Source: Verrucomicrobiota bacterium (GTDB taxonomy: Bacteria; Verrucomicrobiota; Verrucomicrobiia; Limisphaerales; Palsa-1400). From it: a DNA stretch of 64,000 nt. Position numbers and translations under genes: made by a program. The stretch is from positions 96,001-160,000 of the forward strand of contig JBEKYR010000001.1 of the NCBI GenBank assembly GCA_049510745.1, read 5' to 3'. Shown piece by piece: positions 39,331 through 49,628 of this stretch. The notes beneath the pieces are model-generated. The model did not search any database. It was not told where the DNA came from and worked only from the letters and a program-made list of their open reading frames with translations. Each line of letters starts with the position of its first letter. The stretch's first letter is position 1.

Positions 39331-40818
39331 ATGTCCGCCGCACTCAACGAACAACTCATCCGCGAGGTGGTCGAGGAAGTCCTGGGCGGCATCGGTTTGC
39401 CCGGCGCCAGCGCGCCAACGCCGCCCGCTCCCGCGCCCCAACCCGCCTGCAATTGCGACCAGCCGCCCGCCGGCTCCGGCTCCGGCCCGTGCGGGGTTTT
39501 CCAGGAGGCCGGCCAGGCGTGCGAGGCGGCCGCCGCGGCCTTTGAAAAACTGCGGCAAGGCGGCATCGCCGCGCGGCAGAAGGTCGTCAGCATTGTCAAG
39601 ACGTTGGCTGAGGCCCACGCGACCGAATGGGGCCGGCTGGAGTTGGAAGAAACCAAAATCGGCCGGCTCGACCATAAAATCGAAAAGCTGCAAATCCTCA
39701 AAAATGTTCCGGGCGTGGAGTGGCTGCGGCCCTTCGGGTTCAGCGGCGATCACGGCATCACGCTGGAGGAATACACGCCCTTCGGAGTCATCGGCGCGAT
39801 CACTCCCTCGACGCATTCGATCCCCACGATCAGCGGCAACATTATCAGCATGGTGGCGGCGGGCAATGCCGTGGTATTCAACGCGCATCCTTCCGGCGCG
39901 CGCTGCGCCGCGGTAGCCATTCGCGCTTACAACCAGGCCATTCAACGCGAGACCGGGATCGAAAACCTTTGCTGCATCATCGAACAGCCGACGTTGGAAT
40001 CGTTCAAGGCGCTGTGCGCCAACGAACAGGTGCGCTTGCTCTGCGTCACCGGCGGCCCCGGCCTGGTGGAAGCGGCCATGAAGGCCGGCAAACGCGCCAT
40101 TTGCGCCGGCCCCGGCAATCCCCCGGTGCTGGTCGATGACACCGCCTGCATGAAACGGGCCGCCCGCGCCATCGTCCAGGGCGCCGCCTACGACAACAAC
40201 CTGCTCTGCATCGGCGAAAAGGAAGTGTTTGCGCTGGACGGCATCGCCGGCGAACTCATGTCGGAAATGGAGAAACACGGGGCCGTCAGCCTCAATGCCG
40301 CCCAATTGGAGCGGCTGACCACGGCGGCCTTTGTTTTCAAAGAAGGGCGCGGCGGGGGCTGCGCGGAGCCGGTTGTCAATAGAGATTTCATCGGCAAAGA
40401 CCCGTCCGTCCTGGCGCAGGCCGCCGGCGTGAGTCTGCCGGACAAGACGCAACTGCTTTTCGCCGAAACCGACGCCCATCATCCCTTTGTGGTGGAGGAA
40501 CAGATGATGCCGTTCCTTCCCATCGTGCGCGTCAGGAGCGTGGAGGAGGGCATCGCGGCGGCCAAGGCGGCCGAGCACAATTACAAACACACCTCGATCA
40601 TTCATTCCCACGACGTCGAGCACATGACCGCCATGGCGCGCGCCCTGGACACGACCTTGTTCATCAAGAACGGGCCGTGCCTGGCCGGATTGGGGGCGGG
40701 CGGGGAAGGATACCTGAGCTTTTCCATTGCCACGCCGACGGGCGAAGGAGTGACCAACCCGAGGACCTTCACGCGCGTGCGCCGCTGCGTGATGGTCGAT
40801 AACCTGAGGATTTACTGA
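39331..40818 (+). CDS. CoA-acylating aldehyde dehydrogenase (EutE/PduP family) with N-terminal encapsulation peptide
   Basis: PFGVIGAITPSTH, TGGPGLV, AGPGNPP, DNNLLCIGEK, EQMMP, IATPTGEG. N-terminus NEQLIREVVEEVL plus a Pro linker. Confidence 0.95.
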   Translation: MSAALNEQLIREVVEEVLGGIGLPGASAPTPPAPAPQPACNCDQPPAGSGSGPCGVFQEAGQACEAAAAAFEKLRQGGIAARQKVVSIVKTLAEAHATEWGRLELEETKIGRLDHKIEKLQILKNVPGVEWLRPFGFSGDHGITLEEYTPFGVIGAITPSTHSIPTISGNIISMVAAGNAVVFNAHPSGARCAAVAIRAYNQAIQRETGIENLCCIIEQPTLESFKALCANEQVRLLCVTGGPGLVEAAMKAGKRAICAGPGNPPVLVDDTACMKRAARAIVQGAAYDNNLLCIGEKEVFALDGIAGELMSEMEKHGAVSLNAAQLERLTTAAFVFKEGRGGGCAEPVVNRDFIGKDPSVLAQAAGVSLPDKTQLLFAETDAHHPFVVEEQMMPFLPIVRVRSVEEGIAAAKAAEHNYKHTSIIHSHDVEHMTAMARALDTTLFIKNGPCLAGLGAGGEGYLSFSIATPTGEGVTNPRTFTRVRRCVMVDNLRIY

Positions 40819-40820
40819 CC

Positions 40821-41099
40821 ATGCTACTCGCGCGCGTTGAAGGCAATGTGGTGGCGACCCGGAAACATCCGAGTTTGGAGGGCTGGCGCCTGGTACTCTG
40901 CCAGCCGGTCAACTCCGCCGGCCAACCGGAAGGTTCGCCCCAAGTGGCCATCGACGCCCACGGGGCCGGCCTGCACCAACAGGTGATCATCTCCTCCGAC
41001 GGCGCCGCCGCCCGCGCCGCCGTCGGCGACCCGAAAAGCCCGGCCCGCTGGATGGTCATCGGCATCGTGGATGAAAAGGAAGGCGGGGCGCCGCCATGA
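40821..41099 (+). CDS. BMC-P vertex pentamer (EutN/CcmL family)
   Basis: MLLARVEGNVVATRKH...AIDAHGAG...VIGIVD. Confidence 0.92.
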   Translation: MLLARVEGNVVATRKHPSLEGWRLVLCQPVNSAGQPEGSPQVAIDAHGAGLHQQVIISSDGAAARAAVGDPKSPARWMVIGIVDEKEGGAPP

Positions 41100-41395
41100 G
41101 AATTGGAACCGTCATCGGCAGAGTCACTCTGAGCAAAACGGTGGAGCCGTTGCGCGGCGCCCGCTGGCTGATCGTCAGCCCGTTTACGCGCGAACAATTT
41201 CAACACGCGGCCCACCGGCCGGCCGTGAGCCAGGAACCGAGCCTGGTGGTGTACGATGATTTGGGCGGCGGCGTGGGTCAAACCATCGGATTCATCGAAG
41301 GCCGCGAAGCCGCCATGCCGTTCTGTCAACCCACGCCCATCGACGCCATCGACGCGGCGCTGGTGGACGAGATATTTTACTCGCCATTTAAATGA
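41096..41395 (+). CDS. BMC-P vertex pentamer (divergent EutN/CcmL)
   Basis: MRIGTVIGRVTLS...VVYDDLGGGVG...EGREAAMPF...PIDA..AALVD. Confidence 0.88.
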   Translation: MRIGTVIGRVTLSKTVEPLRGARWLIVSPFTREQFQHAAHRPAVSQEPSLVVYDDLGGGVGQTIGFIEGREAAMPFCQPTPIDAIDAALVDEIFYSPFK

Positions 41396-42441
41396 GAGCC
41401 ATCATCAGCGCCAGGGAAGTCGAAGAGTTGCTGCGCAAGGGCGGCGACATCAAATCCATTCCGTCCGACGCGATCGTGACGCCGGCGGCGCGCGATTTGT
41501 TGCGCGAATTTGAGAACAGCGGTGCGCGCCCCTGGTCGTCCGGGTTGGAGAAGACCTCCGCCAAAGCGGCCCAGCCCGTCACCCCGGCCAGTTCGCCCGC
41601 CGAGTTGGAAGCTTTCTTCAATTCGCCGGAAATTCACGCCCTGAAACTCCAAATCTGCGAGGTGGGCCGCCGCCTCTGGACGCGCGCCTACGTCGATGGC
41701 AACGGCGGCAACATCGCCATTCGCGTGGGCCAGGGGCTGGCGCTCTGCACGCCGACGCTGGTATCCAAGGGTTTCATGAAGCCGGAAGATTTATGCCTGG
41801 TGGATTTGGATGGGAACCAGTTGGCCGGCGGGAAAAAGCGCACGAGCGAAATCCTGATGCACCTGCAAATCATGAAACGCCAGACGCGCGCTGTGGCGAC
41901 CGTCCACTGCCATCCGCCCCATGCGACCGCCTTTGCCGTGGCCGGGGTCGAGCCGCCGACATGCATGATACCGGAAATCGAGGTCTTCATTGGCAAGGTG
42001 CCCATCGCCCCCTACCGCACGCCGGGCACGATGGAAATGGGCAAGCTGGTGTCCGACCTGGCGGACCAGCACAACACCATTCTGATGGCCAATCATGGGG
42101 TGGTTTCCTGGAGCCACATCAACGTCGAGGACGCCTATTTCAAGATGGAGATCATCGAAGCCTATTGCCGCACGGTGGTGGTGGCCGCGCAATTGGGCAC
42201 GCCGCTCAAGACCTTTTCGCAGACGCATTTGCAGGACCTGCTCAAGATCAAGCAAACCCTCGGCATCCCCGATCCGCGCATCGGGCTGAAGGAATGCGAA
42301 CTTTGCAACAACGACGAATGGCGCCCGGGAGTGGCCTGCGCCGTTCCGCCCCAACCGTCCGGCGCGCCCGGACCGGATGAGCAGGCCGAGGCCCTGGTCC
42401 GGGCCATCACCGATCAAATCATGTCAAGACTCAAAACCTGA
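41392..42441 (+). CDS. Class II aldolase (fuculose/rhamnulose-1-phosphate aldolase-like), BMC signature enzyme
   Basis: GNGGNI, TPT..SKG, TSEILMH, HCHPPHAT, MANHG. C-terminal encapsulation peptide EALVRAITDQIMSRL. Confidence 0.93.
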   Translation: MRAIISAREVEELLRKGGDIKSIPSDAIVTPAARDLLREFENSGARPWSSGLEKTSAKAAQPVTPASSPAELEAFFNSPEIHALKLQICEVGRRLWTRAYVDGNGGNIAIRVGQGLALCTPTLVSKGFMKPEDLCLVDLDGNQLAGGKKRTSEILMHLQIMKRQTRAVATVHCHPPHATAFAVAGVEPPTCMIPEIEVFIGKVPIAPYRTPGTMEMGKLVSDLADQHNTILMANHGVVSWSHINVEDAYFKMEIIEAYCRTVVVAAQLGTPLKTFSQTHLQDLLKIKQTLGIPDPRIGLKECELCNNDEWRPGVACAVPPQPSGAPGPDEQAEALVRAITDQIMSRLKT

Positions 42442-43370
42442 TGAAAGTGACCATTATCGGCGGCGGCGGACGGGTCGGCTCCTGCGCGGCGTATGCGTTG
42501 CAATGCGGCGGGCTGGTTTCCGAGATTCAAATCCTCGACGCCAATCGCGACCTGGCCGAGGGGGAGGCGCTGGACCTGATGCACGGCAGCGCGCTGGCCG
42601 GCGATCAGCGGATTTACGCCGGCGATTACGCCCGCGCCGCCGACAGCGAGATGTTCCTCATCACCGCCGGCCTGCGGCGCAAGCCCGACGAATCGCGCCT
42701 GGATTTGATCGGGCGCAACGTGGCCTTGTTCGTCTCGATCATCGACGCGATCAAAACCGCCGGCCCGCGCAAAGACGCCCACATTTTCGTCGTCTCCAAT
42801 CCGGTCGATATTCTGACGCAACTGGCCTTGCGCCGCAGCGGAATGCCGTGGCGCCAGGTCTATGGCCTGGGCACCATGCTGGACACGGCGCGCTTCAGCT
42901 CGCTCATCGCGGCGGAACTCAACCTGGCGCCGACGCAGGTGAAGGCGCTGATCCTGGGCGAGCACGGGGATTCGATGGCGCCGATCTGGTCCGGCGCGGT
43001 CGTCAACGGCCTGCCGCTGGCCGGGTTGCCCGAATGCGGGCCGGCCTTCCAAAACGCGGTGTTCGAACGCACCAAAGGCAGCGGCGCCGAGGTCATCAAA
43101 CGCAAAGGCGGCGCGGGCTGGGCCGTCGGCCTCGCCATCCGGGAGGTGGTCCACGCGGTGCTGTTGAACAAAAAAACAATTTTGCCGGTTTCCTCCCTCA
43201 TTCAAGGCGCCTACGACATCCGGGATGTTTGCCTGAGCGTGCCTTCGGTCGTCGGACGCCAGGGGATCGAAGCGCACGTCAACATCAAATTGTGGCCGAA
43301 GGAATTGATGGCCCTGCAAGCGTCGGCCAAGGCGCTCAAAGACACGCTGGCAAAAGTCCGCCTGGAGTGA
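42441..43370 (+). CDS. Lactate/malate dehydrogenase family oxidoreductase of the PV-BMC locus
   Basis: IIGGGGRVG, TAGLRRKPDESRLDL, VSNPVD, GTMLDTAR, LGEHGDS. Confidence 0.93.
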   Translation: MKVTIIGGGGRVGSCAAYALQCGGLVSEIQILDANRDLAEGEALDLMHGSALAGDQRIYAGDYARAADSEMFLITAGLRRKPDESRLDLIGRNVALFVSIIDAIKTAGPRKDAHIFVVSNPVDILTQLALRRSGMPWRQVYGLGTMLDTARFSSLIAAELNLAPTQVKALILGEHGDSMAPIWSGAVVNGLPLAGLPECGPAFQNAVFERTKGSGAEVIKRKGGAGWAVGLAIREVVHAVLLNKKTILPVSSLIQGAYDIRDVCLSVPSVVGRQGIEAHVNIKLWPKELMALQASAKALKDTLAKVRLE

Positions 43371-43410
43371 CGGCCATGAAATCGCCGGACGCGATTAAAT
43401 TCTGGCGCCG

Positions 43411-44124
43411 TTACTCCAAAGGCTTGCGGCCATAGACTTCGATCTCGGTGTATTCGTTGAGGCGGCTCTCGGTGCTGCCTTTGGAGTAAGAGCGCACGTA
43501 GCGGGCCACGGCGCCCCTGGCCTCGATCAGTTTGCCCTCGTGGGATTCAAAGTATTCCCGGTTGGTCCCGGCTCCCAGGCCATCGAGATTCGCCTGGTCG
43601 TTGTTGAAGAGCGTGCGCACGTCCGTGGTGAACGCCGCGTCGTTGGCCACCTGCACCACCACGCCGTGATAGACCTTGGGCTTGTCATGCGCGTGCCAGA
43701 GGACGATGGCGTAAATCTCGCAGGGCGCGCCCAGATCGACCTGCACCCATTGCACGCCTTTGTGCAGGAGCACCACGCTTTGTTCGCTGGCTTCCTTGTC
43801 ACCATCGGTGATTTTGGCCAGGTTGACGGCCAATTGGTTGGTGTCGCTGGCCGTGACGGTCCTGCCCAGGGCGACGTTGCTGAGGCCGGGGGGCACCATC
43901 AACGGCGGGCGCGGTTTGCCGGTGGGTTTCTCCACCGTGGTGCCGACGGGCGTATCGGACGGAGTGCCGATGAAAGCCGCGGCCGGGAGCTTGATTTGGA
44001 GGGGGACGAGGTCTCCGAGCGCATGGCAGTTGAGCGCCAGCGCAAAACAAGGCGCGCCCAGCGCCAGCCAGCGCCACAACCGGCGTCGCGGCCCATCCTT
44101 TTTCAAAATCGTCATTCGAGACAT
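43411..44124 (-). CDS. Secreted discoidin/F5-8-type-C-like domain protein
   Basis: Signal-like N-terminus, NVALGRTVTAS...ITDGD...WVQVDLG...ARYVR...TEIEVYG. Start uncertain. Confidence 0.8.
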   Translation of the reverse strand: MSRMTILKKDGPRRRLWRWLALGAPCFALALNCHALGDLVPLQIKLPAAAFIGTPSDTPVGTTVEKPTGKPRPPLMVPPGLSNVALGRTVTASDTNQLAVNLAKITDGDKEASEQSVVLLHKGVQWVQVDLGAPCEIYAIVLWHAHDKPKVYHGVVVQVANDAAFTTDVRTLFNNDQANLDGLGAGTNREYFESHEGKLIEARGAVARYVRSYSKGSTESRLNEYTEIEVYGRKPLE

Positions 44125-44201
44125 GGTTCCATCATAAGAACGGCCCTGGCCGTCTGCCAAGAAGATAGAGGCGGGCGTTCCCCGGCGAAAATCACGAAGA
44201 G

Positions 44202-45737
44202 TCAACTTGGCGCCGCCACCTTTCCCAAGTGCCGGGTCTGGCGCTTTGGGCCGGGGTTGGCGCGGCGGGCCGTTCTGTCTTCCGCGTCCGCGATATAAGC
44301 GGCCAAGAACTCCGGTTTCTCCCGCCGCCCGCCCCGCCGCCAGTCGCGCCACAAACATTGCGCCACCTCCGCCGGCGGCCGGCCCGCTTCCACTGTCAAG
44401 TATTCAAAAAGCAGTTCCGCCAGCCGCGTCAGGGCGATGCCGTGCTGCCGCCCCACCCGCGCGTGAAGCCAGTCGCTCCACCGCATGAACGCCGCGAAGG
44501 GCGATGTCCGGCCGGCCCAGAGCAGAGGGGTCGTTTCCACAAAATTGCCGCTGTTGCCCGCCAGTTCCCAGTAACGCGAGAAGCGCCGCAAGCGTTGCAT
44601 GGCCGGAAAATCCAGCAGTTTGTTGCGCAACATCTCGTAGGGCGGATGCGCGCTGTAAACCATCTCCCAGGCCTGGTCGTGCCGCACGATGGGCGTGCCG
44701 CGCAGGCGCTTCAAGATCCCCACCTGAATCTCCTGCGGCCCCAAGGCCAGCAACCGGTCAAAGCCCGCCGCGAAACTCTCCAGCGTCTCCCCCGGCAGCC
44801 CCGCGATCAAATCGGCGTGGAGATGGACGCCGGTCTGGCGGCGCAGGAAACGGAAATTCTCCTCCAGGCGGGCGTCGTCCTGACGGCGGCTGATGTTGTT
44901 CAAGACGGATTGGTTGAAGGATTGCACGCCCACCTCGAATTGCAGCGTGCCCGGCGGGAATTTCGCGATCACCTCGCGCAACGCCTCCGGCAGGCGGTCC
45001 GGGATCATTTCAAAATGGAGGAACAGCCCGGGGCGGCATCGTTCGAGAAAGAACTCCAGGATCGCCCGGCTGGCCGCGAGGTTGAGATTGAACGTCCTGT
45101 CAACAAACTTGAATTGATTCACGCCCCGGTCCAGCAGCCGGCGCAATTCCCCCAGCAGGGCCGGCAGCGGAAACGGCCGCACCGGCACGTCCAGCGACGA
45201 GAGGCAAAACTCACAGGTGAACGGGCAGCCGCGCGACGCTTCCACGTAAATGATGCGGTGGGCCACGTCTTCGGCGGTATAAAACTCGTAGGGCAGCGCC
45301 AGTTTCGCCAAATCCGGCAAGTCCGCCGCGATGATTTTCTGGGCCGGCGGCGTCCCGGCCAGAATCAGCCGGCAGACTTCGGCGAATTTCAGGTCCGCCT
45401 CGCCCGTCACGACGTAATCGGCCAGGCGGACGATTTCCTGCCGCTCGACCTCGAAGCTGACCTCCGGCCCGCCGAGAATGACGGTCAGATCGGGCCGCAC
45501 CCGTTTGAGCGCCGCCACCACTTCGGTGGTTTGCGCGACATTCCATATATAGACGCCCAAGCCGACAATCCCGGGCGCCTGGGCCAGGATCGACTCCGCG
45601 ACATCGAGCGGGCGCTGTTGCAGATCGAATTCGAGAAGACAGGCCTGCGCCCGCAACGGGCCGAGGTTGGCCAGCAAATAGCGCAAACCAAAAGCGGCAT
45701 GAATATATTTGGCGTTTAATGTGGCAAGAACGATCAT
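44202..45737 (-). CDS. B12-binding-domain radical SAM protein
   Basis: [34 protein letters not shown] (CxxxCxxC), DLIAGLPGE. Confidence 0.92.
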   Translation of the reverse strand: MIVLATLNAKYIHAAFGLRYLLANLGPLRAQACLLEFDLQQRPLDVAESILAQAPGIVGLGVYIWNVAQTTEVVAALKRVRPDLTVILGGPEVSFEVERQEIVRLADYVVTGEADLKFAEVCRLILAGTPPAQKIIAADLPDLAKLALPYEFYTAEDVAHRIIYVEASRGCPFTCEFCLSSLDVPVRPFPLPALLGELRRLLDRGVNQFKFVDRTFNLNLAASRAILEFFLERCRPGLFLHFEMIPDRLPEALREVIAKFPPGTLQFEVGVQSFNQSVLNNISRRQDDARLEENFRFLRRQTGVHLHADLIAGLPGETLESFAAGFDRLLALGPQEIQVGILKRLRGTPIVRHDQAWEMVYSAHPPYEMLRNKLLDFPAMQRLRRFSRYWELAGNSGNFVETTPLLWAGRTSPFAAFMRWSDWLHARVGRQHGIALTRLAELLFEYLTVEAGRPPAEVAQCLWRDWRRGGRREKPEFLAAYIADAEDRTARRANPGPKRQTRHLGKVAAPS

Positions 45738-45783
45738 GCGAAGTATAAGTTTAACGTTTAACGTTTAAAGATGAAAGTCCAAT

Positions 45784-47124
45784 ATGATGCGTAACATTAT
45801 CTTGACAGCAATGGCGCTGGGCTGCGCGGCCGGCTTGCGGGCCGACGATTGGCCGCAGTGGCTTGGGCCGGAGCGGGACAGCATTTGGCGCGAGACCGGA
45901 ATAGTCAGCTCGTTTCCCGCCGGCGGACCGCCGGTGGTGTGGCGGGCGGAAATCGGCTCCGGTTATTCCGGCCCCGCCGTGGCCCAAGGGCGGGTATATG
46001 TCTTCGATCACCAGTTTGCCAAGCCGTCGGACAAACCGGCGGACCCGATGTCCCACGCGACCATCCCCGGCGCCGAGCGGATTCTTTGCCTGAACGCGGC
46101 CGACGGGAAAATCCTGTGGCGGCACGAATACGATTGCCCCTACACCACCAGCTTCCCGGCCGGCCCGCGCACCACGCCCCTGGTCAGCGGGGACAAAGTC
46201 TTCTCGCTCGGAGCCGAAGGCAATTTGTGCTGCCTGGAAGCGGCGACGGGAAACGTCGTGTGGTCGCGGGATTTCAAGGCGGACTATAAAATCAAGACGC
46301 CGCTGTGGGGCTTTGCAGGAAACCCGCTCCTGGACGGGAACAAGCTGATTTGCCTGGCCGGCGGCTCCAACTCGACGGTGGTCGCGTTGGATAAGAACAC
46401 CGGCAAGGAAATCTGGCGGGCGTTGAGCGCCAAGGAGCCGGGGTATTGTTCCCCCGTGATTTTTCAGGCGGGCGGCGTCCGGCAACTGATTGTCTGGCAT
46501 CCGGAATCGCTCAACTCGCTGGACCCGGAGACGGGCCGGGTTTATTGGACCTTGAAATCGTCGCAGCCCATTCGCGCCGGCATGACGATCCCGACGCCGC
46601 GCAAGATGGACGATTTGCTGTTTGTGACTTGCTTCTACAACGGCTCGTGGATGCTGCGGCTGGACGCCGCCAAGCCGGCGGCCGCCACGGTTTGGCAAAG
46701 CCAGCGCGTGAGCGAGCAGAACACCGACGCGCTGCATTCGACCTTGAGCACGCCGTTCCTCCAGGACGGATATATTTACGGTGTTTGCAGCTACGGACAA
46801 TTGCGCTGTCTCAACGCCGCCACCGGCGAGCGGGTTTGGGAGACGCTCAGCGCGACCACGGCCGACGGCAAGGAAACGCGCTGGGCCAACGCCTTCATTG
46901 TCAAGAATCAGGACCGTTTCTTCCTGTTCAATGAAAAGGGCGATTTGATCATCGCCAGGCTGACTCCGAAAGGCTGCGAGGAGATCAGCCGGGCGCACGT
47001 CATTGAGCCGGTCAACCGCGATGCGGGCCGTCTGGTGGTGTGGTCTCATCCCGCCTTTGCCAACCGCCGGATGTACGCGAGAAACGACAACGAGATCGTC
47101 TGCGTGGATTTGGCCCAAAAATGA
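45784..47124 (+). CDS. PQQ-binding-like beta-propeller protein (BamB-like), secreted
   Basis: DDWPQWLGP, CLxAxxGxxxW blades, GPRTTP, WSHPAFAN. Confidence 0.9.
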   Translation: MMRNIILTAMALGCAAGLRADDWPQWLGPERDSIWRETGIVSSFPAGGPPVVWRAEIGSGYSGPAVAQGRVYVFDHQFAKPSDKPADPMSHATIPGAERILCLNAADGKILWRHEYDCPYTTSFPAGPRTTPLVSGDKVFSLGAEGNLCCLEAATGNVVWSRDFKADYKIKTPLWGFAGNPLLDGNKLICLAGGSNSTVVALDKNTGKEIWRALSAKEPGYCSPVIFQAGGVRQLIVWHPESLNSLDPETGRVYWTLKSSQPIRAGMTIPTPRKMDDLLFVTCFYNGSWMLRLDAAKPAAATVWQSQRVSEQNTDALHSTLSTPFLQDGYIYGVCSYGQLRCLNAATGERVWETLSATTADGKETRWANAFIVKNQDRFFLFNEKGDLIIARLTPKGCEEISRAHVIEPVNRDAGRLVVWSHPAFANRRMYARNDNEIVCVDLAQK

Positions 47125-47270
47125 GCGGCCGGCCTTGGGCAAGCCTGCTGATTTGGCGCCAAATGATTGCGCAACACGTTCAGAATCAGACCAAAGATGG
47201 GTTCGCCGTCGGGATCGGTTGCTGACGCCCGCACCTTCAGACACCCCCCTCCCCCCCCTGTTGTGGGGTT

Positions 47271-47307
47271 TGATTTAGTCTGATTTAGTCTGATTTGGTT
47301 TGATTTT
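47271..47307. repeat. 10-bp tandem array, about 4 units (TGATTTAGTC)
   Basis: tgatttagtc tgatttagtc tgatttggtt tgatttt. Confidence 0.85.
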
Positions 47308-47418
47308 CCTTGACGGAAACCTGCTGGAGGGGGCCGGACCGGCAAAATCTGCCGGTTAAGGCCGCCTGGAGTCTGGTCCCGCGGCGGACGGGCAGGAGAA
47401 CTCCCCGGCGACGCCGCG

Positions 47419-47479
47419 TTATGTCAAACAGCGCGTGTCCGCACGGCTGGAAAAATGACACAGTTTTGTGAAGTTTCAA
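47419..47479 (-). promoter_or_regulatory. Candidate sigma70 promoter + hairpin + boxA-like motif (copy 2)
   Basis: Minus strand: TTGAAA-16 bp-CATTTT with TG extension, then CGTG-CGGA-CACG and CGCTGTTTGACATAA, identical to copy 1. Confidence 0.5.
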
Positions 47480-47645
47480 GTATTTTGTTGCTTTTTTGGA
47501 TTTTTTTGCAGAGTGCGGAACAACGCAAAGAGCAAAAGACGCGAAGGCGCCAAGAGAAGCTGAGAACTTCTTGCGGTGCAATATCCCAAAATCGCTCATT
47601 TCTGAGAAAACCTTCTCACCACGAAGCACGCGAAGAGAAACCTAA

Positions 47646-47750
47646 AAGTTTCTTACCACGGATTTCGCGGATTTTCACGGATGGAAAACCCGTCGCTTCT
47701 TATCCCCACGCGCCAGCGTCTTCCCGATAATTTGTTCATCTCTGCAATCC
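47646..47750 (-). repeat. Inverted copy of the 32931-33072 repeat, lacking its internal module
   Basis: Direct sequence comparison. Confidence 0.9.
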
Positions 47751-48059
47751 GAAAAACGCCTTGTCATCAAGCCCGGAACGCGCGCGCGTGAGCGAATCCC
47801 GAATCATTAGCGATGTGGTTGCGGACTCACCCAATAGGTGGGCCAGTTTCGGACGAAAGATTCCGTCGGCGGGACAGCAGAACAAATCGTCGGGCTGACA
47901 AGTGAACAAATTGTTGGGCTGACGCTTGCGCGTGGGCTGGCGCGTGGGCCGACGGATGCGGTCGGGACGACCGCGCTCCCGGAAAAGTCGCTAATGATCG
48001 GGGTGTCCTAGGGAATGGGGGGCTTGTCGTTTTCACGCGGTGCGGTTATGGTTGAAGAG

Positions 48060-48293
48060 ATGAACGAACTATTGTCCCGCATCACGATTGATCCGGAGAT
48101 TTGCCACGGCAAACCGGCCATCCGCCACTTGCGGTATCCGGTGGAGTCCATGTTGGAATATCTGGCGGCAGGCGACACGTTTGAGGATTTGCTGGGCGAA
48201 TTCCCTGATCTGGAACGCGACGATTTGCGAGCGTGTCTGGAATTCGCCGCGCAATCGCTCAAGCTTAAAAGCCAGCATCTGGCGCTGACATGA
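48060..48293 (+). CDS. DUF433-family antitoxin
   Basis: RITIDPEICHGKPAIRHLRYPVE...LAAG...FPDLERDDLRACLEFAA. Confidence 0.92.
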   Translation: MNELLSRITIDPEICHGKPAIRHLRYPVESMLEYLAAGDTFEDLLGEFPDLERDDLRACLEFAAQSLKLKSQHLALT

Positions 48294-48643
48294 GATTCGT
48301 GGTGGACGCGCACTTGCCGCCCGGTTTGTGTGCCCTGCTCAAGGCGGCGGGGCACGATGCGATTCACACCAGCCGGTTGCCTGCGCAAAACCGGACGCCG
48401 GACGAAGTTCTCAATGAACTTTCGCTCCAGGAACAGCGCGTGGTCGTCACGAAAGATTTGGATTTTTATCATTCGCATTTGCTGCATGGCAGGCCTTGGA
48501 AACTGCTGCTCGTGCGCACGGGGAACATTCGCAGCCGCGATCTCAAAGCGCTGTTTCAAACCCATTTGTCCGCCATCCTCACCGCGCTGGAACAAAACTC
48601 GCTTGTCGAACTCGACCGCCAAAAGGTGCAGGTCATTGTGTGA
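48290..48643 (+). CDS. DUF5615/VapC45-like PIN toxin
   Basis: ATGA overlap. MRFVVDAHLP...GHDAIH...TPDE...RVVVTKDLDF...RTGN. Confidence 0.9.
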   Translation: MRFVVDAHLPPGLCALLKAAGHDAIHTSRLPAQNRTPDEVLNELSLQEQRVVVTKDLDFYHSHLLHGRPWKLLLVRTGNIRSRDLKALFQTHLSAILTALEQNSLVELDRQKVQVIV

Positions 48644-48849
48644 CGCCGAGCAAAGCTGCAAACGAGTCCCACATATCCTCGCATGAAGGGTCAAGCCCGG
48701 AATGCGGAATTATAATTCCGGAAGTGCGGTGGTCTCACAAGGAGCGATCAATTTCGACAGAGGTTCAACCCAAAAATCGGCATGGCAATACGGTTTGGCG
48801 GAGGAGGACGAATGGGACCAATGGGACGGATATGGACAGGCAAGACGGG

Positions 48850-48872
48850 GATTACGATTACGATTACGATTG
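48850..48872. repeat. GATTAC short tandem repeat
   Basis: gattacgattacgattacgattg. Confidence 0.8.
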
Positions 48873-48900
48873 AGAAAAGGACGAACGGGACAGACGGGAA

Positions 48901-48945
48901 GGCGAGCCAGCCGTTGGTGTCCAGGAAAACGACGTTATCCGGCAT
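48901..48945 (-). pseudogene. Truncated VapC/PIN toxin (first about 15 codons only)
   Basis: MPDNVVFLDTNGWLA overlaps the upstream antitoxin-like gene, then runs into low-complexity repeats. Confidence 0.7.
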
Positions 48946-49171
48946 GGTTTACTTTCGGATGTCCGTAGAGGTAATGATCCGCATTGGTGGCCAGATCGGG
49001 AATGCCGGTCTCGACTGCTTGCTCGCCCATCCGAAAAGGACCGCATTCACCCGCCACTATGCCGTGGCCGCCAGGCTCCTCGGTTTGGACGTGAACGGGG
49101 GCGCCGTCCGGGAGGGTCGCTCCTGGTTCCAGCATCACCACATTGCCTTTGACTGTTCCGCGGTAAATCAT
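48935..49171 (-). CDS. Antitoxin-like protein (AF2212/DUF104-like N-terminus)
   Basis: MIYRGTVKGNVVMLEPGATLPDGAPVHV...GIPDLATNADHYLYG. Lies directly upstream of a PIN start. Confidence 0.75.
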   Translation of the reverse strand: MIYRGTVKGNVVMLEPGATLPDGAPVHVQTEEPGGHGIVAGECGPFRMGEQAVETGIPDLATNADHYLYGHPKVNHAG

Positions 49172-49354
49172 GATGTCAGTATCCGCACCTTCATCTAATT
49201 TCGCTCCGAGGCATTCGGCGCAAACTGTCAATGCTCATGTTCGTAAAGCTGCCGTACTGCGTGGAAACAAGCAAGCTCGGAGCGGAATCCCAAATCCTAA
49301 CGCGGCCTTACCGCCGAGCGATGACCTGTACAATTTGGATGGGAGAGCGAAGAA

Positions 49355-49402
49355 GCGGTCGGCGAGGGCGCCGACCGCAGCACGCGGGGCGCGTGCGCTC
49401 CC
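49355..49402 (+). repeat. REP-like double-hairpin element
   Basis: gcggtcggcg-aggg-cgccgaccgc then gcacgcg-ggg-cgcgtgc-gctccc. Confidence 0.75.
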
Positions 49403-49561
49403 GAAAGTCAGCGTTCAACGCGGAAGCGTAAAATGATCGCCCGCCTTGGACCCTGTGCCTCCAAACGCACAGGGGCAAGGGACCGCGAAGCGGGACAAAA
49501 GTTGAGTCTTTTGCCGCCTCCCCCTGTCTCAAAACCTGTCCAGCACTGTCGTAATAAGCCA

Positions 49562-49589
49562 TTGCAAATGAGAAAAATCATCGTAACCT
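49562..49589 (+). promoter_or_regulatory. Candidate sigma70 promoter of the SPFH/ATPase/ABC operon
   Basis: TTGCAA-16 bp-TAACCT, about 40 bp upstream of the ATG at 49629. Confidence 0.45.
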
Positions 49590-49628
49590 GTGCGTCGCTT
49601 CCGGCAGCCCAGTCTGCCTGAGAGCACC

